DNA from: Phycisphaerales bacterium
GTDB lineage: Bacteria > Planctomycetota > Phycisphaerae > Phycisphaerales > UBA1924
NCBI GenBank assembly: GCA_965227775.1
Contig: OZ245777.1
Span: 2,912,001-2,976,000, forward strand
Reading direction: 5' to 3'
Length of the DNA: 64,000 nt
Part shown: positions 56,284 to 64,000 of the stretch, in pieces
How positions within the stretch are numbered: position 1 is the first letter of the stretch
Layout: each line of letters opens with the position of its first letter
Notes under the pieces: generated by a model
Databases searched by the model: none
Seen by the model: only the letters and a program-made list of their open reading frames with translations
What the model was told of the DNA's origin: nothing
Translations under genes and position numbers: made by a program

Positions 56284-57516
56284 ATGTCCGTAGGAATCGA
56301 CCCGATTGAGAGCCAGCGCCGCCAGCGATTCCTGCTGGTGACCATCGTGCGTGTCGGGTTCTTCGCGCTCTTCCTGACCGTGGCCCTGCTGTTCGTCCTC
56401 CGCCCGCCGATCGAGGGTGACCCGGACGAGACCCCGCTGGCCAGCCTCTACTGGTGGGCCACGATGATCGCCGCCGGCGTGATCGCCGCATCGGCCATCG
56501 CCGTCGACCTGCTGACGCCGCGAAAGAAGATCGCGACGCTCGTGAGCGTGTTCGTCGGGCTCGTGCTTGCCACCGTTGCGACGCTCGTCTTGTGGACGGT
56601 CATCGATGTGGTGGTTCAGGCCTGGGGAATCGATCTGCCCGAGCTAATGGCCATGGGCAAGATCTTGCTGGGCATCGGCCTTGCCTACCTCGCCATCGTC
56701 ACGGTGTTCCAGACGCAAGACGACTTACGACTCGTGATTCCCTACGTCGAGTTCAGCCGGCAGATTCGTGGACCACAGCCATGGCTGCTAGATACAAGCG
56801 CGCTCATCGATGGGCGCGTGAACGCGATGGCCGAGACGGGGCTCTTCCAGAGCAGGTTGATCGTCGCGCAGTTCGTGCTCGACGAACTCCAGCGACTGAG
56901 CGATAGCCATGACAAGATGAAGCGCACCCGAGGGCGCGCCGGTCTCGACGCCGTGCGCCGCCTCCAACGATCGAGCGCCATCGAGGTGAGTGTCGAATCG
57001 GTCACGCAGCACGCCGCCGAGGTCGACCAAGCACTCATCGAGCTCGGCCAGCGGACCCCCGCCACCATCATCACGACCGACAGCGGGCTCGAGCGTGCCG
57101 CCAGCATCCATGGCGTGCGCGTGCTCAACCTGCACTCGATCGCCCAGTCGATGCGGTCCAACGTCATGCCCGGCGAGCGGATCGAGGTGCACCTGCTGCG
57201 GGCCGGAGAACAGCAGGGCCAGGCCGTCGGCTACCTCGACGACGGCACCATGATCGTGGCCGAGGACGGCGGCGAGTTCATCGGCGAGCGGATGATGCTG
57301 ACCGTCCGCTCGACGCTGCAGACCTCGGCCGGACGGCTCGTATTCGCCAGGATCAACGAAGACACCTCGATCGGCACTTCGGACGATCCGCAGCCGCCAC
57401 AGCACGAAGAGCCCGAGCCCACAAACGAGCCGGTTCCGCCTCAACCGTCACGCCGCGTAGGCCCGCCCGCGCGCACGCCGGCCCGACCGCGGACCGGACG
57501 AAACCCCAGGCGCTAG
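56284..57516 (+). CDS. PIN/TRAM domain membrane protein (YacL-like)
   Basis: Four TM segments; LLDTSALIDGR, FVLDELQRLSDS, RGRAGLD, IITTD, VLNL and QAVGYLDDGTMIV...LQTSAGRLVF; GAGGAG RBS. Confidence 0.9.
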   Translation: MSVGIDPIESQRRQRFLLVTIVRVGFFALFLTVALLFVLRPPIEGDPDETPLASLYWWATMIAAGVIAASAIAVDLLTPRKKIATLVSVFVGLVLATVATLVLWTVIDVVVQAWGIDLPELMAMGKILLGIGLAYLAIVTVFQTQDDLRLVIPYVEFSRQIRGPQPWLLDTSALIDGRVNAMAETGLFQSRLIVAQFVLDELQRLSDSHDKMKRTRGRAGLDAVRRLQRSSAIEVSVESVTQHAAEVDQALIELGQRTPATIITTDSGLERAASIHGVRVLNLHSIAQSMRSNVMPGERIEVHLLRAGEQQGQAVGYLDDGTMIVAEDGGEFIGERMMLTVRSTLQTSAGRLVFARINEDTSIGTSDDPQPPQHEEPEPTNEPVPPQPSRRVGPPARTPARPRTGRNPRR

Positions 57517-57517
57517 C

Positions 57518-58324
57518 TCAGCACCCGTCCTGAAACGCGGAAATGAACCGCAGGAAGTCGAACAGATCAAAGATGCCGTCGCCGGTGAAGTCCGCGCGCG
57601 GGTTTTGCTGATCGAACAGCGCCTGGAAGTCCAGGAAGTCGAAGAGGTCGAGCATGCCGTCGGCGGTCACGTCCGCCCGGCAGGTTGTTGCAAAGAACGC
57701 CTGCGCTTCGAATTCTGCGGATGCGTCCCCGCCGATCGCCGCGGCATTGCTCGAGAAGTCGACACGCAGTCGATACTGGCCCGGCTCAAGGTTGCCCGCG
57801 GCAGTCTCGCCGGTCGCGCTGTCACTCGTTCGCAGGACGACCTCTGACACGCGCTGGCCAGAATCGAGCACGATCTCGCCTTCACCTTCGATGGTTAGAC
57901 GAATCGTTCCGCTATTGGCAGCGGCTCCAACGATGTCCGATCGTCCGTAGACGGCGGCGACCGTAAACGGCGTTGCGACACCAACATCGATGAGCAGGCT
58001 CTCTGTCACGAACGCTGTTGCGCGCCCATCAGGAACCCCGGCGGTCGTCGCAGAAATACTCAGTTCCGCGTCGACTTCGAACGTGAAGTCGCCTGTTGGG
58101 CCCGCCTCAAGGTCGATTGCGGATACACTCGCTGGGCTCTCACCAACAGCGAAGTCTACATCGAATACTCGGTAGAACTGGTCGAAGCGCACGCTCTGCT
58201 CGCCATCGGCGAAGGCCGAGGCCGAGGCCGAGCGCGTCACGGGTTCGATGGGCTGCTGGGCCGCCGCGAGCTCGCACATCACCAAGACCGTGACACATGC
58301 GCCGAGCGTCTTCTTGAACATCAT
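57518..58324 (-). CDS. Secreted beta-rich protein with C-terminal GC-type dockerin-like domain
   Basis: GGAGG RBS before ATG 58324; signal peptide; ends CRADVTADGMLDLFDFL...ADFTGDGIFDLFDFLRFISAFQDGC. Confidence 0.85.
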   Translation of the reverse strand: MMFKKTLGACVTVLVMCELAAAQQPIEPVTRSASASAFADGEQSVRFDQFYRVFDVDFAVGESPASVSAIDLEAGPTGDFTFEVDAELSISATTAGVPDGRATAFVTESLLIDVGVATPFTVAAVYGRSDIVGAAANSGTIRLTIEGEGEIVLDSGQRVSEVVLRTSDSATGETAAGNLEPGQYRLRVDFSSNAAAIGGDASAEFEAQAFFATTCRADVTADGMLDLFDFLDFQALFDQQNPRADFTGDGIFDLFDFLRFISAFQDGC

Positions 58325-58488
58325 GGCTATTCCTCCACCGAGCAGTCGAGACCATCCCTCTCGGGCCATTGTAATCGATCACGCTGTGCTCGGAGCAGGA
58401 ATTCGCCCTCGATCAAGCGATTGGAGACCGAGCGTCTTCCCGGCCAAATCACAGCCCCGCCGAAATGCGAACTACCATCGGTTGACTC

Positions 58489-61400
58489 ATGAATCAGGGC
58501 CAATCAGACATCCTGCAAGGCGTGCGGGGCCTCCTGCGTCGCTTGGACGAAGCAATGGTCGCCGACCGTCGCAAGCTGCGTCGTGAACTGCGCACGCTGC
58601 GGGACGAGGTCTCGCGGGGACAAGACACAACGGACGCCATCGACGCCCTTCAGCGGGCCCAGAACGCCGTCGAATCGTCGATCGATCGTCGCGTGGAGCG
58701 GTTCAACGCGATCCCGACGCCGGACTTCGACCTCGATCTACCGGTGCTCCAGGCGCGAGCCAAGATCGAGGAGGCGATCCGCGAGAACCAAGTCGTCGTG
58801 GTGTGTGGCGAGACCGGTTCAGGCAAGACGACCCAGCTTCCCAAGATTTGCCTGGGCCTAGGCCGAGGCGCGGGCGGGCTTATCGGTCATACGCAGCCGC
58901 GCCGTATTGCGGCGCGAAGCGTCTCAGCACGAATCGCCGAGGAACTCGGCGTCGAGCTCGGCGGGCTCGTCGGCTATCAGGTCCGCTTCGATGAGCGTCA
59001 CGGCGAGGACACGTCGGTCAAGGTCATGACGGACGGCGTGTTGCTGGCCGAGACCCAGCGTGACCGCTGGCTTGACAAATATGACACGATCATCGTCGAC
59101 GAGGCGCACGAGCGCAGCCTCAACATCGACTTTCTGCTGGGCTACCTCAAGCGACTCATGCCCAAGCGTCCGGACCTGCGCATCATCGTGACGAGCGCGA
59201 CGATTGATCCCGAGCGATTTAGCCGGCACTTCGACGATGCGCCGATCCTCGAGGTGTCGGGTCGAACGTATCCGGTCGAGCTTCGCTACGAGTCGCTGAG
59301 CGTCGACCTGACCGACACGCGCGAACTGGTGAAGGCGACCGTTGACTCGGTGAACAACGTCTGCCACGAGGGCCAGGGCGACGTGCTGGTCTTCCTTCCG
59401 GGCGAGCGCGAGATACGAGAGGTCGCCAAGAGCCTGGAGAAGGGCAAGGAGCTTGGCCGCTCGGTCCTGCCTCTCTACTCGCGTTTGTCAGCCGAAGAGC
59501 AGAATCGCGTGTTCAGGCCCGGTGCCGGCCGACGCATCGTGCTGGCAACGAACGTCGCCGAAACGTCGATTACAGTTCCGGGCATTCGCTTCGTCATCGA
59601 TCCAGGCCTGGCACGCCTCAACCGTTATAGCCCGCGTACGCGCGTGCAGCGATTGCCGATCGAGAACATCAGCCGGGCCTCGGCCGACCAGCGAGCGGGC
59701 CGGTGCGGTCGCGTTGGTCCGGGCATCTGCGTCCGTCTCTACGACGAGAACAGCTACGAAAGCCGGCCGCGCTTCACCGATCCTGAGATCGTTCGCACGA
59801 ACCTGGCCGGGGTGATCCTGCAGATGAAGGCCCTGAAGCTGGGCGACATCGAGGATTTTCCGCTCCTCGAACGGCCCGACCGCCGTGCCGTGCAAGACGG
59901 CCTGCAGACGCTGCGTGAGCTTGGCGCGATTGACGAGGAGCAGAAGCTCACGAAGATTGGTCGCGAGCTCGCGCGGCTGCCGATCGACCCGCGCATCGGC
60001 CGTATCCTCATCGCCGCCGCGCGGGAGGACTGTCTCAACGAGATCTTGGTGATTGCCAGTGCACTGAGCGTGCAGGACCCACGTGAGCGCCCTTTCGACA
60101 AACGCGATCAAGCCGACGAGTTGCACGCCGAGTACGACCACCCCGAGAGCGACTTCCTGGCGTACTGGAACCTTTGGGAGATCGCCCACGGAGGGCGTCG
60201 CAACATCACCACCGGGCGGCTGGGCAACCTGTGCCGCAGCCGGATGCTCAGCTTCACGCGCATGCGCGAGTGGATCGACACACAAAAGCAGCTGCGCGGG
60301 CTGATGGCAGAGCTTGGCTACCACATCAATAGCAAGCCGGCGACATACAGCGAGATCCACAAGGCGATCCTTGCCGGTTTTCTCGGCGGAATCGGCAAGC
60401 GGGGCGAGAAGAAGGAGTTCCAGGGTGTCGGCCAGAACTTCGTGATCCACCCCAGCAGCTCGATCCTGGAGGGTGCCAGACGGAAGGACGCGCCGGCGCT
60501 CGACTGGATCGTGTCAGCCGAGCTCGTGCGAACGACCAAGCTGTTCGCCCGCTCGTGCGCTCGCGTACGGCCGACGTGGATCGAGCAGGTCGCCGGCAAC
60601 CTGTGCAAGCGAACGTACGAGAATCCCCACTTCCGGGCCGGCAGCGGTAAGGTCTACGCATTCGAGCGCGTCTCGCTCTTCGGGTTAGAGATCATCGCCA
60701 AACGCCGCGTCGACTACGGCCGCGTGAACCCGGCGGAGGCGCGCGAGCTGTTCATCCACCACGGCCTGGTCGACGGCCAGCTCAAGACCGATGCCAAGGC
60801 GCTCGAGGCCAACAAGCAGCTCCAGGACGAGCTTCGCACGCTCGAGGACAAAGCCCGCAGGCGAGACCTCGTTGCCGACATCCAGCGCCGCTTCGCGTTC
60901 TATGAGAAACGACTGCCTGACAACGTGTGGACGGCCGAACGCTTCGAGACCTGGCGCCGCCAGGCCGAAAAGGAAGAGCCGGGCCGCCTCGAGATGACGA
61001 CCGGCGACCTGCTGTTGAACGACGCGTCGGCCATCACCCCACAGCGGTACCCGGACAAGGCCGACGTCTCGGGGACGCGACTGCCGCTGACCTACCGCTT
61101 CGAGCCGGGCGAGGCCGATGACGGCGTGACCGTGAATGTGCCTATTGAAGCGCTTGGGCGGCTGCGTACGAGCGACCTCGATTGGATGGTGCCGGGCCTG
61201 CTGGCCGAGCGTGCCCAGGCGATGCTCCGCGCCCTTCCCAAGGCCGTTCGGCGCAACATCGACATGAAGGTGGTGGCCCAGGAGTTCGCCGAAACCCATG
61301 GCGAATCGAAGGACCAGTCGGACGCGCCCACGCTGGCCGAGGCGCTGGCGCTGCACGTGGCGAAGTTGACCGGTGTTGATGTCGATGCGAACGAACTCGC

Positions 61401-62475
61401 CGCCGCGCCGGTCCCAGAGCACACACGCCCAAACGTTCGCGTCATCGACGGCAAGGGCTACGAGCTTGCGCAGAGCCGCGACCTCATGGGCCTCAAGGCG
61501 CGCTTGTCCAACCGCCTGCGGGATGCGCTGCTCAAAGCGGATCGCCGATGGCCGGACCGGCGCGGCATCACGGCGTGGGAGTTCGGCCGACTCCCTGAGC
61601 AGCTTGAGATCCGTCGGCCTGGCGTGCACGTCATCGCTTACCCAGCCATCGTTGATATGGGCGACTCGGTGCGTACCGCCATGCTCGAGCGCCCCGAGGC
61701 GGCGGAGGCCGTAAACCGCCGCGGAGTGCGTCGGCTGATGATGCTCGGCGCTCGGCGAGCGCTGAGGCAGCACGTCGAGAAACTACCGGCGATGGACGGC
61801 TTGCTGGCGACCTACGCCGTGCTTGGCGCCGCCGACCAGCTCCGTGGCGACTTACTCGCGCTCGTCGCCGAGATGGCGTTCATGGAGGGCAAGACCCTGC
61901 CGCGTACCAAGGACGAGATGGACGCGGCGATCGAGGATGGGCTGGATAATCTCGGCCGCGCTGCTGACAAGGCCGTGACACTCGCCGACGAGATCCTGGC
62001 GCGGGCCGTGCGACTACGAGCGCGCACCGAGGCGAACATTCCCCCACCCCAACGGCCCGCTGCGGCGGATGTGGCCGAGCACGTGCACGCCCTCACGCCC
62101 GGTGGCTTTCTTTCGCGCACGCCGCCGGTATGGCTCGCTCGCCTTCCAAGGTACCTCGATGCCAATCGCCTGCGGCTCGACAAGCTCCGCGGAACGGCGA
62201 TCGATCGCGATCACCGTGCGATGCAGCAGATCGCCCACCACGAGGCTCGCCGACGGCGCATTCTCGCGCTTGGCGGTGATGCCGCGCAGGAGGCAATGGA
62301 CCGCTGCCCCGCGCTCGCCGAGTATCGGTGGATGTGCGAGGAGCTGCGCGTGGCGACGTTCGCGCAAGAGCTGGGCGTTGCCGTGCCCGTGAGCGACGCA
62401 AGGCTCGAGTCGCTCTGGCGCCGCGTGCTTGAGGACGCGGCGGGCGTGGCGCCCGAGCTGGCGACGGTCGCGTAG
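58489..62475 (+). CDS. hrpA: ATP-dependent RNA helicase HrpA
   Basis: GETGSGKTTQLPK, TQPRR, DEAHERS, SAT, ATNVAETS, QRAGRCGR and C-terminal EELRVATFAQELG; 1328 aa. Confidence 0.95.
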   Translation: MNQGQSDILQGVRGLLRRLDEAMVADRRKLRRELRTLRDEVSRGQDTTDAIDALQRAQNAVESSIDRRVERFNAIPTPDFDLDLPVLQARAKIEEAIRENQVVVVCGETGSGKTTQLPKICLGLGRGAGGLIGHTQPRRIAARSVSARIAEELGVELGGLVGYQVRFDERHGEDTSVKVMTDGVLLAETQRDRWLDKYDTIIVDEAHERSLNIDFLLGYLKRLMPKRPDLRIIVTSATIDPERFSRHFDDAPILEVSGRTYPVELRYESLSVDLTDTRELVKATVDSVNNVCHEGQGDVLVFLPGEREIREVAKSLEKGKELGRSVLPLYSRLSAEEQNRVFRPGAGRRIVLATNVAETSITVPGIRFVIDPGLARLNRYSPRTRVQRLPIENISRASADQRAGRCGRVGPGICVRLYDENSYESRPRFTDPEIVRTNLAGVILQMKALKLGDIEDFPLLERPDRRAVQDGLQTLRELGAIDEEQKLTKIGRELARLPIDPRIGRILIAAAREDCLNEILVIASALSVQDPRERPFDKRDQADELHAEYDHPESDFLAYWNLWEIAHGGRRNITTGRLGNLCRSRMLSFTRMREWIDTQKQLRGLMAELGYHINSKPATYSEIHKAILAGFLGGIGKRGEKKEFQGVGQNFVIHPSSSILEGARRKDAPALDWIVSAELVRTTKLFARSCARVRPTWIEQVAGNLCKRTYENPHFRAGSGKVYAFERVSLFGLEIIAKRRVDYGRVNPAEARELFIHHGLVDGQLKTDAKALEANKQLQDELRTLEDKARRRDLVADIQRRFAFYEKRLPDNVWTAERFETWRRQAEKEEPGRLEMTTGDLLLNDASAITPQRYPDKADVSGTRLPLTYRFEPGEADDGVTVNVPIEALGRLRTSDLDWMVPGLLAERAQAMLRALPKAVRRNIDMKVVAQEFAETHGESKDQSDAPTLAEALALHVAKLTGVDVDANELAAAPVPEHTRPNVRVIDGKGYELAQSRDLMGLKARLSNRLRDALLKADRRWPDRRGITAWEFGRLPEQLEIRRPGVHVIAYPAIVDMGDSVRTAMLERPEAAEAVNRRGVRRLMMLGARRALRQHVEKLPAMDGLLATYAVLGAADQLRGDLLALVAEMAFMEGKTLPRTKDEMDAAIEDGLDNLGRAADKAVTLADEILARAVRLRARTEANIPPPQRPAAADVAEHVHALTPGGFLSRTPPVWLARLPRYLDANRLRLDKLRGTAIDRDHRAMQQIAHHEARRRRILALGGDAAQEAMDRCPALAEYRWMCEELRVATFAQELGVAVPVSDARLESLWRRVLEDAAGVAPELATVA

Positions 62476-62492
62476 CCTCTCGCGGAGGTGCC

Positions 62493-63011
62493 ATGGGTCT
62501 CGCGCTCAAGACGCTCGCCCGACGCAGACGCTGCCCGCGGTGCGGGTATGAGCTCGGCGGCATCGACCCGGGCGCCGTTTGCCCCGAGTGCGGCACCGAC
62601 GCAGCAACCCGCAAGCAGATGCGCGACCGGCGCGAGAATCGCTTCCACTGGCTGACGTGCTACTGGGCGATCGCATTCTTCGCCGCTCTGCCGCTGGTCA
62701 CCGCCGCCCTCAACATCATTGCGGGCATGGCATACCTGTGGTCTTGGCCCGGCGGGCCGGGATGGCGGCATACCGAGACCGGCGAGTTTACGATCCTCGA
62801 TGTCACGATGGGGCTGACGCTGCTGGGCCTGATGGGCTCGGTGCTGCTGTGGCCCTTCCTGCTCGTGCTGCTCGTGTACGTCTCGTGGATCCAGTGGACC
62901 GAACGCCACCATCGATTCACCAGGTGGTGGCTTTGGCTGCTGCTGCCGCTGCCCCTCGTGCTGCCATTCGCGATCTGGGCCGTGATGGGGTGGATGATCT
63001 TTCCGGACTGA
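62493..63011 (+). CDS. Zn-ribbon (CxxC...CPECG) membrane protein ending -FPD
   Basis: GGAGG RBS; CPRCGYELGGIDPGAVCPECG followed by ~3 TM segments. Confidence 0.8.
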   Translation: MGLALKTLARRRRCPRCGYELGGIDPGAVCPECGTDAATRKQMRDRRENRFHWLTCYWAIAFFAALPLVTAALNIIAGMAYLWSWPGGPGWRHTETGEFTILDVTMGLTLLGLMGSVLLWPFLLVLLVYVSWIQWTERHHRFTRWWLWLLLPLPLVLPFAIWAVMGWMIFPD

Positions 63012-63070
63012 CGGCTTCGTGTTCCGAGTGCTGGGACGAACACGAGCAAGACCATCATGGTACCAGGGAC

Positions 63071-63556
63071 GTGCGCTGTCCCTTTTGTCAGTATGACCTC
63101 TCTGGCATCCCCGACGACTTCGCATGCCCCGAGTGCGGCATGGACCCGGGCGATCGCGCCGACGCGTCTCGGCGGCCGGACCAGGATCTCAAGGTTCTCA
63201 GCATCGTCTACGCCGTCCTGTGGATCCCGATCGCGCTCGCCGTGCCCCTTTCCATCGCGACGTACGCTGTCGCGCGCCTGGTGTATGGCGTGGACATGTT
63301 CCTGGCGTCCCAACCGGGCTCGGGGCCTTACCCGTGGATCGACGTACTCGGGGCCTGTGCCGCGTGTTGCGCCTTGTACTGCCTGCTGCTCTGGCTGGCG
63401 ACGTGGGTGGTTGGGCCGATCATCGTCGGCCTACGGATTCGTCGATTGATGCAAGGGATCGAGACCCCGGCGGCGTTCTGGCTGTTGGTATTCGGCCCGC
63501 TTATCGCGTGCCCGATCGCCTACATCGGCTCAATGCTCTTCCTCAGCGGCCAATAG
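63071..63556 (+). CDS. Zn-ribbon (CxxC...CPECG) membrane protein
   Basis: 3' part of ORF 62579..63556; GTG 63071 gives MRCPFCQYDLSGIPDDFACPECG followed by ~3 TM segments. Start uncertain. Confidence 0.7.
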   Translation: MRCPFCQYDLSGIPDDFACPECGMDPGDRADASRRPDQDLKVLSIVYAVLWIPIALAVPLSIATYAVARLVYGVDMFLASQPGSGPYPWIDVLGACAACCALYCLLLWLATWVVGPIIVGLRIRRLMQGIETPAAFWLLVFGPLIACPIAYIGSMLFLSGQ

Positions 63557-63566
63557 TTGAAGTTTG

Positions 63567-64000
63567 TTACTCGTACACCGACGCGCACCGCTCGATGCGC
63601 GGCCCCGCGGCGTCGCACACGGCGAAGCGGCCGCCGGGCCTGATCGACGCCGAGCCGAAGGCCCCGTCTTTGCGCACGGCGTAGAGCTTGACGTCGAAGT
63701 TGACGCGGCCGTCTTCACCGCGAAGGCGCCTCTCCTTCGTGCGGCGGACGATGTCGCCGGCGACCTCCAGGCAGGCCTCGCTCGGCGTCAGCCCGCGCTC
63801 CATGGCCCGGACGATGCTAAATCCGCCGCAGTTGAGGATCACGGCCTCACCCCGGCCCGTAGCGCCGGCGGCACCCACGTCGTTGTCGCAGTACATGCCC
63901 GCCCCGGTGATCGGCGAGTCGCCCACGCGGCCTGGGATCTTCCACGACAAGCCACTGGTTGTGGTGCAGCTCGCCACGTCGCCATTGGCATCAACCGCGC
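63567..64000 (-). CDS. 5'-truncated N(4)-(beta-N-acetylglucosaminyl)-L-asparaginase / isoaspartyl peptidase (Ntn hydrolase)
   Basis: TTTSGL...PGRVGDSPITGAG and GATGRGE motifs; frame is open to the window end. Confidence 0.88.
   Translation of the reverse strand, partial: AVDANGDVASCTTTSGLSWKIPGRVGDSPITGAGMYCDNDVGAAGATGRGEAVILNCGGFSIVRAMERGLTPSEACLEVAGDIVRRTKERRLRGEDGRVNFDVKLYAVRKDGAFGSASIRPGGRFAVCDAAGPRIERCASVYE

Noticed and set aside
62579..63070. 5' extension of ORF 62579..63556
   Set aside because: Mostly overlaps the better-supported 62493..63011 gene in another frame; only the 3' part is protein-like.
1..64000. CRISPR array, IS/transposase, integrase, prophage, rRNA
   Set aside because: No spaced direct repeats or mobile-element motifs seen; the repeats present are protein-coding.

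Overview
High-GC, gene-dense bacterial chromosome segment. The Gly-Cys-terminated dockerin-like tails, WDG-repeat proteins and pilB-pilT-pilB-pilC-pilin order point to Planctomycetota, probably Phycisphaerales (inference). Housekeeping genes: ilvE, rpsD, truB, rpsB, tsf, mnmG, hrpA, a CoaB-only gene, tRNA-Ser(GGA), tRNA-Pro(TGG) and an SRP RNA read directly from the sequence (minus strand, with a UGAC loop and its own -35/-10 promoter). Non-housekeeping loci: (i) a 16-kb type IV pilus/T2SS-like operon with two MshEN-type PilB ATPases that both lack the Cys4 zinc motif, PilT, PilC and five oversized pilin-like proteins ending in a ~1590-aa GspK/PilX-like protein; (ii) four proteins with a 'GC-type dockerin' module, including a secreted alpha/beta hydrolase that carries it at the N-terminus, has a co-oriented partner gene and lies divergent from a FixL/FixJ-like pair; (iii) a ligase-associated exonuclease and an ATP-dependent ligase in one frame, separated by a single TGA; (iv) an RluA-methyltransferase fusion; (v) a long coiled-coil protein with a histone-H1-like tail; (vi) a small family of '-FPD' membrane proteins with or without a Zn ribbon. 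No CRISPR array, rRNA or transposase was seen. All calls are from motif reading only; no database searches were run.
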